From Candidatus Uhrbacteria bacterium (lineage in GTDB: Bacteria; Patescibacteriota; Patescibacteriia; UBA9934; UBA10169): 54,305 bases of DNA. The notes beneath the pieces were generated by a model, which was not told the DNA's origin, did not search any database, and worked only from the letters and a program-made list of their open reading frames with translations. The stretch lies in the NCBI GenBank assembly GCA_016187485.1, contig JACPJO010000004.1, positions 1 to 54,305 on the forward strand. Reading direction: 5' to 3'. The position numbers and the translations under genes were made by a program. Below are positions 10,439 to 19,986 of this stretch, in pieces (within the stretch, counting starts at the first letter, position 1; each line of letters opens with the position of its first letter).

Positions 10439-12478
10439 TTATACATCACGTAAAAAAGAGACCGGGGCTTTTTTCATTGACGCACGCTCCCCCGCCGTAT
10501 CGAGAACGATCGTTGGTTCTTCGTATCCATCTGCGTCCCTGCGTGGCAGAGAGGCCGCAGGGACAGATCGCAAGCGAACTTCCTCAAAAAGTGCGCGCGG
10601 TACTTCGGAAAGAAACATGGACGGCTGGTGGACAAAGTAAGATTCTGTTCCATCCGTCAGGGGATACGTGAGCGTAAGGCGGTGGCGCGCACGTGTGACC
10701 GCCACATAAAACAAACGGCGTTCTTCCTCGATGGCATCTCGATCTTCAAGCGCGCGACGATGCGGAAACGATCCATCCTGCAAGCGCATGAGAAACACGT
10801 GGTCCCACTCAAGACCCTTTGCCTGATGAATGGTGGAGAGGACAAGGCGGTCCTCGACCGGTGCGCCCGTCTGGCGTGCCGCCTCATAGTCGTCGTGGAG
10901 TGTGACTTCTGCCAAAAAATCCACAAGCGTGTCGAACGATTCAGCAAACAAGGCAAACTGTTCAATATCCTCCAGACGCTCGGCGGCATCAGGATATTGT
11001 GCGCGCATGTATTCCTGATAATCCGACCGCGCCACGGCGCGGATCATTTCGGCGGGAAGCGCCTCGCGCGAAAGATCGCGTGCCACACGCAGGTATCCAT
11101 TCCATCCAGCCCCTGCGCGCGGAGGCAGCGACAAAGGTTCCTCAAACACGCGCTCCCAGCTGTCCACATGGCGCACGCGCGCAAAAACACTCGAGGCTGT
11201 CACCGGCCCAATGCCCGCCTGGTGAGAAAGAACGCGCAGCCACGAAGGCTCATCTTGAACGTTTGCCCGTATGCGCAGATACGCAAGAATATCCTTTACA
11301 TGCGCGCGTTCAAAAAATCGTAGACCTCCACGGTACTCATAGGGGATTCCAAGCCGGACAAGTTCCATTTCCAATTGTTGGCTGTGAAAAGCGGAGCGAA
11401 AGAGTACGGCCATCTCTCGCAGAGATGTTCCTCCCTTCGCTTGTTTATCAATCTCTGCAGAAAGATACTTTGCCTCTTGCAGGGGCGAGCCCGTCGCCAC
11501 AAGAGAAGGGCGCGCGGCCGAAGCGCGCATGGCACGGAGCGTTTTTTCATACTGCTCCGTGTTGTGCGTGATGCTCGCATTGGCAAGTGAAAGGATTTCT
11601 GGCGCTGAGCGATAGTTGGCCGTCAGATGAAACGTACGCGTACCAGCAAACCAAGTAGGAAAATCCAAGATGTTGCGCACCGTCGCGCCGCGAAACGCAT
11701 AAATACTCTGCGCATCGTCGCCGACGACCAAAATATTTTTGTGCAGGGAAGCCAAGCGCCGCACAATCGCTCCTTGAATCAAGTTTGTATCTTGAAATTC
11801 ATCTACCAAAACATAGCGAAACTGCTCCGCGAGCTGATGCGCAACCTGCGCATGTGTCTCGAGAAGTTCGTGGAAAAAACACAGGAGGTCATCGAAATCC
11901 ATGAGGTTGCCCATGCGCTTCTTTTCCGTATATCGTTTGGCAATCTCCTCAAGTGTAGGGGTAAGCGGTGCCCAAGAGACGTAGTTCTCCTCCACAACCT
12001 CCCGCAACGTCCGGCTGCTGTTGCGCCCAAAACTCACCATGGAGTGAATCACGGCCGCGGAGGGAAATCGCGTCTCCGCAGCATCAGGTTTTACTTCTTT
12101 AAGACACGTGCGGATGAGCAATTCGGAATCGTCGCCGTCTAAAATCGTAAACGAAGGAGAAAACCCAAGCTCGGGCGCAAAGCGACGAAGCATCTTGTGC
12201 GCGACAGAGTGAAAAGTTCCCGACCACAGACCGCGGGCTCCTTCCCCGCAGAGGCGTTCAATGCGGCCTGTCATCTCTCGCGCAGCTTTGTTTGTGAACG
12301 TGAGAAGAAGAATCTCCTGCGGAAGCACACCCTCTGAAAGAAGGTGGGCCACGCGATACGTGATGGCGCGCGTCTTTCCCGACCCAGCACCTGCAAGAAC
12401 AAGCACGGGCCCGTCCCCGTGTAGCACCACGTCGCGCTGTTCGTCGTTCAGACTGGTTTCAAGATCGAGGGCAGGCAT
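10439..12478 (-). CDS. UvrD/PcrA/Rep-family ATP-dependent DNA helicase
   Basis: Listed as ORF 10439..12850. The real start is probably MPALDLETSLNDEQRDVV at 12478. Motifs seen: Walker A AGAGSGKT, DEFQDTN, VGDDAQSIYAFRGA, TIHQAKGLEWDHVF. The upstream 124 codons are Arg/Cys-rich read-through into the neighbouring GC-rich gene. Confidence 0.85.
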   Translation of the reverse strand: MPALDLETSLNDEQRDVVLHGDGPVLVLAGAGSGKTRAITYRVAHLLSEGVLPQEILLLTFTNKAAREMTGRIERLCGEGARGLWSGTFHSVAHKMLRRFAPELGFSPSFTILDGDDSELLIRTCLKEVKPDAAETRFPSAAVIHSMVSFGRNSSRTLREVVEENYVSWAPLTPTLEEIAKRYTEKKRMGNLMDFDDLLCFFHELLETHAQVAHQLAEQFRYVLVDEFQDTNLIQGAIVRRLASLHKNILVVGDDAQSIYAFRGATVRNILDFPTWFAGTRTFHLTANYRSAPEILSLANASITHNTEQYEKTLRAMRASAARPSLVATGSPLQEAKYLSAEIDKQAKGGTSLREMAVLFRSAFHSQQLEMELVRLGIPYEYRGGLRFFERAHVKDILAYLRIRANVQDEPSWLRVLSHQAGIGPVTASSVFARVRHVDSWERVFEEPLSLPPRAGAGWNGYLRVARDLSREALPAEMIRAVARSDYQEYMRAQYPDAAERLEDIEQFALFAESFDTLVDFLAEVTLHDDYEAARQTGAPVEDRLVLSTIHQAKGLEWDHVFLMRLQDGSFPHRRALEDRDAIEEERRLFYVAVTRARHRLTLTYPLTDGTESYFVHQPSMFLSEVPRALFEEVRLRSVPAASLPRRDADGYEEPTIVLDTAGERASMKKAPVSFLRDV

Positions 12479-12509
12479 AGGTGAGGGGAAGTATAGCAAA
12501 CCGAAGGAG

Positions 12510-12534
12510 TCGAAAACCAGCCGTGCGGCTGGTT
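12510..12534 (-). terminator. Rho-independent terminator of the GC-rich orphan gene
   Basis: On the minus strand: AACCAGCC-GCAC-GGCTGGTT followed by TTTCGA. The stem is 12515-12534. Confidence 0.55.
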
Positions 12535-12551
12535 GAGATAAGGAACGTGTT

Positions 12552-13748
12552 CTAGATATGTTGGGCAGCCAGGCGAAGAGCGGCATGCAGGTCCTTGATC
12601 CGACGGACGCGGCACGCGCGTGCAGCATCTTCCATACACCCGACAAGACCGGGGATGGTGCTGCGCCGACGCAAGGCCTTCCGCTCCCACCACAGACCGC
12701 GCGCCCACTGACGTGCGTCGTGAACTCCGTGGCGCAACTCCGCCCACGGGATGCACGCGTCGGGCAGACGCCGCACCTCGATCGTACCCACCAGCGTGCG
12801 CAGAGACGCCAGCTGCATGAGCCCGAAGTGCTGGATCGAGATGCCAACAACCTGCGCCTGATACCGCGCCACCAGCTCCTTGGGCGGCCGAGGATCCTGG
12901 CTCGACTCGGCCAGACCGATCATCTCCTGCAGATCGCGGGCCATGTGTTGCGTCAGGTGTTCAACCGGGCGCGGGTACACGGCCAGCAGATCCCGAGACG
13001 CCGCATCCATCTGCTCGTAGAGCGACCGCAGGGTTTCGCTGTCACCCCAGTGGCGAGACAGAAGCGTCATCCAGTCGTTCACCTGGCGACGCAGAGCGTC
13101 CAGGAAGCCGAGCAGCGCGTGGCGCTTGGCGAGCAGGACGGCCCGCCGGGGATCGAGCCACTCGTGCACGGCTTCGATCTCTTCCCGGCGCACGCCCAGG
13201 TGCTCGGCCGAAGCCGAGAGCCGCGCCAGGTTGGCACTCCAGTTGCGCCGCTCCGTCCGATCATGAGCAAAGACCGCATCCCCCATGAGCTCGCGCGCAC
13301 GCGCAGCACGCGGACCCTGCACAGCCCGCAGAAGGTCGAGAAGTCCGGCGACGCGCTTGGCGTAGACGGCATCTCGCTCCCGCCGGGCGCTCTCGGCAAG
13401 AAGGGCGTCGCTCCAGAACAGGGCAAGCTCGGAGAGGCCGAACTCGATGGTGGGCATCTCCACGTTGTCCATCTTGGCTTCCACGCGGTTGCACATCTCG
13501 ATGGCCTCGGGCAGACCGCGGCAGCAGACGAACATCTGCCGCCGGTCATCCCAGACCATGACCGCACCACGCCAGATGAACTTCTTGAGCGCCGGGCTGG
13601 GCCGGCCGCGCGCCTCCCTGAACGCCGACGACTCGTAGCGCTCGGTGGACAGGAAGACGCCTGGCATCCAATGGATAGCACGGAGATCGTGGACTCCCGC
13701 CCGCGACTTGATGCTGGAAAGAACCGTCTCATAACTTGGATCCGACAT
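12552..13748 (-). CDS. Hypothetical protein (398 aa), strongly GC-rich orphan
   Basis: A long ORF preceded by GGAGATAGAG. I recognised no motif. The competing + strand ORF 12558..13826 is Arg/Pro/His-rich, typical of an antisense shadow. Confidence 0.7.
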   Translation of the reverse strand: MSDPSYETVLSSIKSRAGVHDLRAIHWMPGVFLSTERYESSAFREARGRPSPALKKFIWRGAVMVWDDRRQMFVCCRGLPEAIEMCNRVEAKMDNVEMPTIEFGLSELALFWSDALLAESARRERDAVYAKRVAGLLDLLRAVQGPRAARARELMGDAVFAHDRTERRNWSANLARLSASAEHLGVRREEIEAVHEWLDPRRAVLLAKRHALLGFLDALRRQVNDWMTLLSRHWGDSETLRSLYEQMDAASRDLLAVYPRPVEHLTQHMARDLQEMIGLAESSQDPRPPKELVARYQAQVVGISIQHFGLMQLASLRTLVGTIEVRRLPDACIPWAELRHGVHDARQWARGLWWERKALRRRSTIPGLVGCMEDAARACRVRRIKDLHAALRLAAQHI

Positions 13749-13808
13749 GACTCTATCTCCAGGGTTGGCGGCAGAAGGATACTGGTTCTGCCTCTAAAGT
13801 TCAAACCA

Positions 13809-13840
13809 GTAAACCAAACACCATAGGCTGTTTGGTTTAC
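13809..13840 (-). terminator. Hairpin overlapping the mltG stop codon
   Basis: GTAAACCAAACA (13809-13820) pairs perfectly with TGTTTGGTTTAC (13829-13840) around an 8-nt loop. Confidence 0.5.
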
Positions 13841-14772
13841 CTCAAATACCTTGCCTTGTTCACGTTGTGCTCCTCAAGCGTTTTTGCGTAATACACCTTT
13901 CCCTCTGCATCGGTGAGAAAAAAGAAATAGGGGTTGGCTGCTGGCTCGAGAGCGGCACGGATCGCATCAAGGCCCGGATTAGAGATTGGGCCAGGTGGGA
14001 GGCCGCGATATTTGTACGTATTGTATGGGGAGTCTATATCGCGATCCGCATAGCTGATTGATGGCGTATCTTTTCCCGTCACGTAGTTAACCGTGGAGTC
14101 CGCTTGAAGCGCCATGCCAATATCGAGCCGCCGCCAGAATAGATCGGCCACCAGACGGCGATCTTCGGGTGAGCGAACTTCTTGTTCAAGGATAGATGCC
14201 ATCGTAAGGATTTCATGCGTCGTGCGGCCGGACGCTTCAAGTGCCGGCGCAAGCTCTTCCAATTTTTCATCCATCTCCCGCCGCAGGCGCTTCACCATGT
14301 CTTCTGGAATGACTCCTTTAAGAAAACGATACGTGTCGGGAAAGAGATATCCCTCGAGATCGCGTGTCGCAACAGCGTCCCAGGCAGCGCGCGTCGTCAC
14401 CCCTTCTGCTTCAAGATAATCTCCCATTTTCGCGAGCGTCCATCCTTCGGGAAATGTAAGGGTAAGTTCTGTGGCTGTAGGGTCCGTCATGCGCCGGAGC
14501 ACGTCGTGCGTGCTCATGCCAGACTTGAGTGAAAACGCCCCGGGCTGTAAACGTCCCTCGACACGAAGAAGCTTTGCGTAGACTTTAAACAGGAATGGAC
14601 TCTCAATGATGTCCTCATCTTTAAGAAGCTCTGCAATGAAACTCACGCCTGATCCTTGCTCCACCATCACCGTTTTTTCCACGGCATCCGCGGCCGGGTC
14701 GCGAAGCCACAACTCGCGGATCACAAGCCAGCCGAAAAAGACAACAAGAAGAAGAGCAATAAGACGTTTCAT
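13837..14772 (-). CDS. mltG: Endolytic murein transglycosylase MltG (YceG-like)
   Basis: An N-terminal TM segment plus YceG-type motifs (LTMASILEQE, STVNYV, YNTYKYRGLPPGPISNPG, YFFFLTD). Confidence 0.85.
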   Translation of the reverse strand: MKRLIALLLVVFFGWLVIRELWLRDPAADAVEKTVMVEQGSGVSFIAELLKDEDIIESPFLFKVYAKLLRVEGRLQPGAFSLKSGMSTHDVLRRMTDPTATELTLTFPEGWTLAKMGDYLEAEGVTTRAAWDAVATRDLEGYLFPDTYRFLKGVIPEDMVKRLRREMDEKLEELAPALEASGRTTHEILTMASILEQEVRSPEDRRLVADLFWRRLDIGMALQADSTVNYVTGKDTPSISYADRDIDSPYNTYKYRGLPPGPISNPGLDAIRAALEPAANPYFFFLTDAEGKVYYAKTLEEHNVNKARYLR

Positions 14773-15806
14773 AGAATATGATGAGCGCCGCGCGCCGAAA
14801 GTTCTGCAATAATTTCTTTGACACGTTGGGCATGCGCATGCGTGGTAACAAGAAGAGCATCGGGCGTGTCCACCACCACAAGGTTGGAAACTCCCAAAAG
14901 TGCCACGAGCTTTTCCCCCGTCACATGCACAAGATTTCCGCGGGCATCAATGGTCAGAACATCGCCATGCAATACATTTTCCGTCCGGTCATCTTCCGCC
15001 AGTCGCGCATAGAGCGTGTCCCACGCGCCAATGTCACTCCAGCCAAAATCACCCTTGATGATGAGCGCCTGGTTCGGATCGAGCTTCTCAACCACGGCAT
15101 AATCAAATGAAATGGCCAGCAAACTCTCGAACGCTCCCGCCCGGAGCGCATGCCCCATCTCAGGAGCATACATGTCGAAAGCTTCGAGAAACTTTCGCGG
15201 TGTCCACGTAAAGTAGTTCGCATGCCATAAATAATCTCCGGCCTCAAGGTATGATTTCGCCACATCGTATGAGGGTTTCTCATGCTGACCACGGAAGGTA
15301 TAGACCTCCACCCCATCTTTCTCCGAGACACGGGGGCCGATGCGTGTGTAGCCGAGGATCGTGCTTGGAAACGTCGCAACGACACCGATGTCGAGAAGCT
15401 TCCCCGTCTCTTCGACAAGACAACCCGCGACACGGAGGCAGTCGAGAAACTTCTCCTCGTCGCGAATATAGTGATCGCTTGGGATAAACACCATCGGCTC
15501 GTCGGGCGCAATGGCAAAAAGCGCCATCGCAGCAAAGCCCATCGCCGGTCCCGTATCTCGTTTCACCGGCTCGACAATGATGCGATCGGCGGGGACATCG
15601 GGAAAGAGCTCTTGGATCATCGAAGCAAACGCGGGTGAGGTGGAGAAAAAAATATCTTCCGATGCCAAAAGCCGGAGAAGCCGCCGATACGTGTCCTTGA
15701 GGAGCGGCTCTTCAGAGAGGAGCGCCGTAAATTGCTTTGGCCGATTCGCACGCGAGAGCGGCCACAGCCGCGTCCCCACTCCGCCGGCCAGAATCACAGC
15801 TTTCAT
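14769..15806 (-). CDS. Mannose-1-phosphate guanylyltransferase-like nucleotidyltransferase
   Basis: MKAVILAGGVGTRLWPLSRANRPKQF is the NTP-transferase signature. No C-terminal cupin domain is apparent. Confidence 0.8.
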   Translation of the reverse strand: MKAVILAGGVGTRLWPLSRANRPKQFTALLSEEPLLKDTYRRLLRLLASEDIFFSTSPAFASMIQELFPDVPADRIIVEPVKRDTGPAMGFAAMALFAIAPDEPMVFIPSDHYIRDEEKFLDCLRVAGCLVEETGKLLDIGVVATFPSTILGYTRIGPRVSEKDGVEVYTFRGQHEKPSYDVAKSYLEAGDYLWHANYFTWTPRKFLEAFDMYAPEMGHALRAGAFESLLAISFDYAVVEKLDPNQALIIKGDFGWSDIGAWDTLYARLAEDDRTENVLHGDVLTIDARGNLVHVTGEKLVALLGVSNLVVVDTPDALLVTTHAHAQRVKEIIAELSARGAHHIL

Positions 15807-16324
15807 ACGAAACGCAGAAAAAACAGAATGGCAAGGAGGGCTGTACCGTACGCCACGAATCCGCCGACAAGAAGTCCCGCAAGAATGTCAGACCAGTAAT
15901 GTAGTCCCGCGTAGACACGCGCAAAAAGAATCCCTATCGAGAGGACAAAGGCGCCCCAAAAAAATAGGCTGCCGCCCATAGCGGAGAATATCAAGATGGT
16001 TGCGCACAACGAGGCGTGGCCAGAGGGAATGGAGGTTGTGGCCACACGCAAACGAAATAACGGGCGCAGATGCTCACGCTGAAACGGACGTTTGCGTTTA
16101 ATACCTGCTTGGATGGCAATGACGACAAGCTGCGAGAGAACGACAGCAACCCCATAGACGGCCGCGCCCTTTACGTCACGCCAAAAAAATCCGAGAGGAA
16201 TGGCAACAAGAACAAATGGGAGATCGCGCGCGACAAAGATCGCGAGTCGGTCTAGCCACCGCCGCCTTCCCGCTTGGTTGTGGATCACGCATGTAAGCCG
16301 GTAATCGAGATCGGATAACATCAT
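15803..16324 (-). CDS. PAP2-family phosphatase (undecaprenyl-diphosphatase-like)
   Basis: A polytopic membrane protein with PAP2 motifs KRKRPF ... PSGHAS ... RVYAGLHYWSD. Confidence 0.75.
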   Translation of the reverse strand: MMLSDLDYRLTCVIHNQAGRRRWLDRLAIFVARDLPFVLVAIPLGFFWRDVKGAAVYGVAVVLSQLVVIAIQAGIKRKRPFQREHLRPLFRLRVATTSIPSGHASLCATILIFSAMGGSLFFWGAFVLSIGILFARVYAGLHYWSDILAGLLVGGFVAYGTALLAILFFLRFV

Positions 16325-17901
16325 AGAAGCGGCTGCCCCGTCATCTCTGGGGGTTGAGAGATACCAAGTACGGATAACATCGTCGGCGCCACATCAGCAA
16401 GCATACCCACCGGCGGAACCAGCGACAAGTCACCATTGGGAATTTCCCCCACAGGAGACGCCTGCCCCTCGAACGCTTTGCTCACCACAATAAAGGGGAC
16501 GGGGTTGGTGGAATGTTCTTTGTCAATCTCGCCAGAGACGACATTACGCACCTCCTCGGCATTCCCATGGTCTGCGGTCACAAAAAGCACCCCACCCTGA
16601 TCGAGCAGAGCATCGGCGATTTTCCCGATGAAGCCATCATCCACTTCAAGAGCCTCAATGGTCGCTTCCAAATTTCCCGTATGCGCCACCATGTCAGGAT
16701 TCGCAAAGTTTGCCACCATCACATCGAATTTCCCCGCACGGATTTCCTTAAGGAGACGGTCTGCGATCTCTTTTGTAGACATCATCGGTGTTTCGTCGTA
16801 CACCGAAACCTTTGGCGAGGGAACAATCACGCGCTCTTCCCCCTTCACGGCCGCTTCCTTCATGCCGTTAAAGAAAAACGTGGCGTGCGCATACTTTTCT
16901 GTTTCGGCGATGTGGAGCTGTTTCAAATCCTGTTCCGCAATCACCTCGGAGAGCGTGTGTTTTATTTCCTGCGAGGGGAACGCCACAACGACGGGAAGGT
17001 TTTTCTCGTACTCGGTCATTGTCACAACAAAAATATTTGGGATGTAGTTCCGTTTGAACAGCTCAAATCCCGGGAGACAAAAAGCTTTAGTGATCTCGCG
17101 CATACGGTCAGCACGGAAATTGAAAAGGACAACGGCATCACCCTCCTTCACTGTCGCAAGGGGCTTATCTCCGTCCACCAACACGGTGGGTTCAAACTCC
17201 TCATCGAAAACTTCTTCCGCGTAGCTTTCTTTAATAGCTCCTAAAGCGTCTTTCGCATACACGCCTTCCCCTTTCACCATAGCGTTGTAGGCTTTCTCGA
17301 CACGATCCCAGCGATTATCTCGATCCATCGCATAGTAGCGGCCGGCAAGCGTTGCTAAGACGCCCACTTTCAATTCCTTCATCTTCGTTTGAAGAGCGGT
17401 AACGAAATCTGCACCGGCGTTATACATAGTATCGCGGCCGTCCAAGATCGCGTGCACCGCCACATGTTTGCACGATTGTTGTTTGCACAGCGCCAACAAC
17501 GCATGGAGATGGTCATCCATGCTGTGCACACGGCCGGGACTCACCATGCCGATGAGATGCAGTGTGCCTCCAGAACTTTTCACAAATGCTGCCGCTTGAA
17601 GAAACGCCTCGTTCTCAAAAAAACTTTTGTCTTCAATCGCTTTGTTGATACGTGGAAGCGTTTGGTAGTACACGCGCCCGGCACCGATCGCCAAGTGTCC
17701 CACCTCGCTGTTGCCCATTTCCCCCCACGAAAGACCGACCGCTTCACCCGACGCGCGAAGCGTCATGGCGGGATAATGCTGAACAAGCCGCTTGAGATTC
17801 GGCATCTTAGCTTGCGAAACGGCGTTTCCTTCCCCCGCGGGCGCAATGCCGAAACCGTCAAGAATCAAAAGGACAGCGGGCTTGGGTCTTCTTCCATTCA
17901 T
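16321..17901 (-). CDS. gpmI: 2,3-bisphosphoglycerate-independent phosphoglycerate mutase
   Basis: LLILDGFGI...MGNSEVGHL...ILDGRDT...ADHGNAE are canonical iPGM motifs, and the length is 526 aa. Confidence 0.92.
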   Translation of the reverse strand: MNGRRPKPAVLLILDGFGIAPAGEGNAVSQAKMPNLKRLVQHYPAMTLRASGEAVGLSWGEMGNSEVGHLAIGAGRVYYQTLPRINKAIEDKSFFENEAFLQAAAFVKSSGGTLHLIGMVSPGRVHSMDDHLHALLALCKQQSCKHVAVHAILDGRDTMYNAGADFVTALQTKMKELKVGVLATLAGRYYAMDRDNRWDRVEKAYNAMVKGEGVYAKDALGAIKESYAEEVFDEEFEPTVLVDGDKPLATVKEGDAVVLFNFRADRMREITKAFCLPGFELFKRNYIPNIFVVTMTEYEKNLPVVVAFPSQEIKHTLSEVIAEQDLKQLHIAETEKYAHATFFFNGMKEAAVKGEERVIVPSPKVSVYDETPMMSTKEIADRLLKEIRAGKFDVMVANFANPDMVAHTGNLEATIEALEVDDGFIGKIADALLDQGGVLFVTADHGNAEEVRNVVSGEIDKEHSTNPVPFIVVSKAFEGQASPVGEIPNGDLSLVPPVGMLADVAPTMLSVLGISQPPEMTGQPLL

Positions 17902-17913
17902 ACGAGCGCCATT

Positions 17914-19659
17914 CTACCCGTTTTTCTCCAGATACGCGAGGTAACAGGGTCGACAAAAGATTCTGCGATCCCGATAGGTTTGATTGGCGCCAACCATCAC
18001 CTCCTTGGTACAGCTCGTACAAACCGCCGTTTCAAACTTCCCTGTATTCGATTCCCGTAAGAGATCATTGATGCGTCCAACAAAGTGGCGGGCGGGCGGA
18101 GCAAGTCGGTTATTCTTGTAAAACTGAATCTCCGGACGGATCATGGCGAATCGTCGACGCATGTCTTCGTCATAGATCGGCGCATTCGCCCATATCGTGT
18201 CGTCGAGCGCCTCTACACAATCAGGAATTTCCGAAAGTCGTTTGAGATTTGTCGCGGAAGAGAGCTCTGGCCCCATGGCTCCTTCGTCTTCCGGCTCGAA
18301 TTTGGAAGCGCCAAGTTTCTCCCAGCCGATTTCCTGCGGAGCGGCGAAATAAATCGGCGCGCCTGAGTCGGGGAAATATCCCGGAGACATAGAGAGAGGA
18401 AAAAACTCGCCGTACTCGCCTTGATCCAGCAATGCTGTTTTGATCTCATCAAGTTTTTTCCAATAGGTCTCCTCCGAATACGGTTTATTCAAAATGTGAA
18501 ACTTCTTGCGATAGAGCCCAACGCACCCGAAACAATGTTCGCACTCGATGCACTGCATAGAGTACTCGAGATTTTGCGACGTCTGGCAGTTGTAGGTATA
18601 GCGCATCTGCGAACAATGAGCCGGATTCGTGCTGTAAAAACATTCCTGTGAGGTGAAGAGACCAGCACAAAAAGCGCTGTCGCGAGCATTCTCCGATCCG
18701 TAGGAAACCCAGAAACAATCTTCGACGCCCTCGAGACAACCGAAGCACGAGTGCAGGCGCGTACACCTCGTGAGGTATTCCCCCGTGCATCCCTCCGCCT
18801 GCTCGTTGAAATTCTCCGGCCACACGGCTTGCATCTCCATCATTCGGCGAAATTGATCCTTGTAGACGTTCTGTTTCGAACGGCACGAGAGATCCACGTC
18901 GCGCATCCGGCGCTCCCACTCCTCCTTCGTAAGCTGTTCATTCCACCAAAGATACTTTCGATTGCGCTTGTTCGTGGCACCGAAGCAGGATTCGCAATTA
19001 CGACAGTCGAAGAGAAACGCCGAGCGCATGCAGTCGAAGCTCGTGCGTACGAATTTGCAGTCATAGAGGCGGAACGAATCGGAGACGTTATAGCATTTGT
19101 TGATCGAACCGCCGTTCCACCCCTCACTCGAGTCCTCCTCGTCGAAAACCCAATGGGAATAGAGGGAGTTTTTCGACCGGCAGAACATCATGAAGTAGCT
19201 GTTGACATCGCCCAGAGAAAACTTCGCAATGCTGTTCTCCGGCTCTTTGACGTTTTTGTCCGCAAGGAGAGGGACAGCAAGTTGAAGGCTCCGAAGCTGA
19301 TCAAAAAACGACTGATCAAGATTCAAATCTCGGCCCTCGGAGGCAAAATCCTTTTGAAACCACTCCTTATCCGGCAGAACCCGAATACCCGTTGCCGGAT
19401 GAATAAAGGTGATCACCGGCTTCCCTGTCTCGATATGTTTGTTCCACCACCACTGACCGGCCAAAAAGAATCCAGAACAAATCCACCATCGCGTGAGCGG
19501 GCTATACTTCGACGGCGGCACATTGAACTTTTTGTACCACCCGATTTCTTCCTCCGTCATGTTCCACTTTTCTCCCGTCAACGCACAAACCCTCTCGCCC
19601 GGTTTTGTGGCATCCAAAATCGCTTTCACTTTCGCGTCGTAACTGGGAGTATGGGACAT
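17914..19659 (-). CDS. Cysteine-rich repeat protein, function unknown
   Basis: A 581-aa ORF with repeated C-x2-C-x2-C-F-G modules (DCRNCESCFGA, HSCFGCLEG, QCIECEHCFGC) and a terminal zinc-ribbon-like CTSC...CRPC. Confidence 0.75.
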   Translation of the reverse strand: MSHTPSYDAKVKAILDATKPGERVCALTGEKWNMTEEEIGWYKKFNVPPSKYSPLTRWWICSGFFLAGQWWWNKHIETGKPVITFIHPATGIRVLPDKEWFQKDFASEGRDLNLDQSFFDQLRSLQLAVPLLADKNVKEPENSIAKFSLGDVNSYFMMFCRSKNSLYSHWVFDEEDSSEGWNGGSINKCYNVSDSFRLYDCKFVRTSFDCMRSAFLFDCRNCESCFGATNKRNRKYLWWNEQLTKEEWERRMRDVDLSCRSKQNVYKDQFRRMMEMQAVWPENFNEQAEGCTGEYLTRCTRLHSCFGCLEGVEDCFWVSYGSENARDSAFCAGLFTSQECFYSTNPAHCSQMRYTYNCQTSQNLEYSMQCIECEHCFGCVGLYRKKFHILNKPYSEETYWKKLDEIKTALLDQGEYGEFFPLSMSPGYFPDSGAPIYFAAPQEIGWEKLGASKFEPEDEGAMGPELSSATNLKRLSEIPDCVEALDDTIWANAPIYDEDMRRRFAMIRPEIQFYKNNRLAPPARHFVGRINDLLRESNTGKFETAVCTSCTKEVMVGANQTYRDRRIFCRPCYLAYLEKNG

Positions 19660-19824
19660 AAAGTAACTATTCGCCTATTCGCGCGAATTAGAGAAGGTCT
19701 ATTCGGAGCTTGATATGACTTCCATGTTGAGAAACAAAAGGAAAACCATTTTGGAATTGACGTGTTTTCATACGCCGAAAGAGTAACATCTCAATCTCCT
19801 CCTCACAAGACACACTGTTGGACA

Positions 19825-19858
19825 AACAATCCCTCCTTTCGTGAAAGGAGGGATTGTT
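19825..19858. terminator. Strong hairpin between the convergent/adjacent minus-strand genes
   Basis: AACAATCCCTCCTTT-cgtg-AAAGGAGGGATTGTT is a 15-bp perfect stem followed by TTTT on the + strand. It lies just downstream of the stop of gene 19987..21570. Confidence 0.5.
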
Positions 19859-19986
19859 TTGTCCCATGAGATGACATGCGGCGGCATGTCAGCTCGTGGG
19901 AGCAGGGGCGGCGGAGAGCAAGTTGCTCGATCCGACCGCCCCTACGAAAAAGAATGTGCGCTCTGGCGTTGCACCAGAGGGAGGCT

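Noticed and set aside
9487-10640. + strand ORFs 9487..9966 and 9951..10640
   Set aside because: They are antisense to the well-supported malic enzyme gene and have no motifs.
12479-12850. N-terminal 124-codon extension of the helicase ORF (10439..12850)
   Set aside because: The extension is Arg/Cys/Ser-rich and overlaps the 3' end of the GC-rich gene 12552..13748. The helicase homology starts at MPALDLETSLNDEQ (12478), just before the Walker A motif.
12558-13826. 422-aa + strand ORF and 241-aa minus-strand ORF (13079..13804) overlapping the orphan gene
   Set aside because: Their Arg/Pro/His/Gly-rich composition is typical of alternative frames in very GC-rich DNA. The 398-aa minus frame has balanced composition, an RBS and a terminator.
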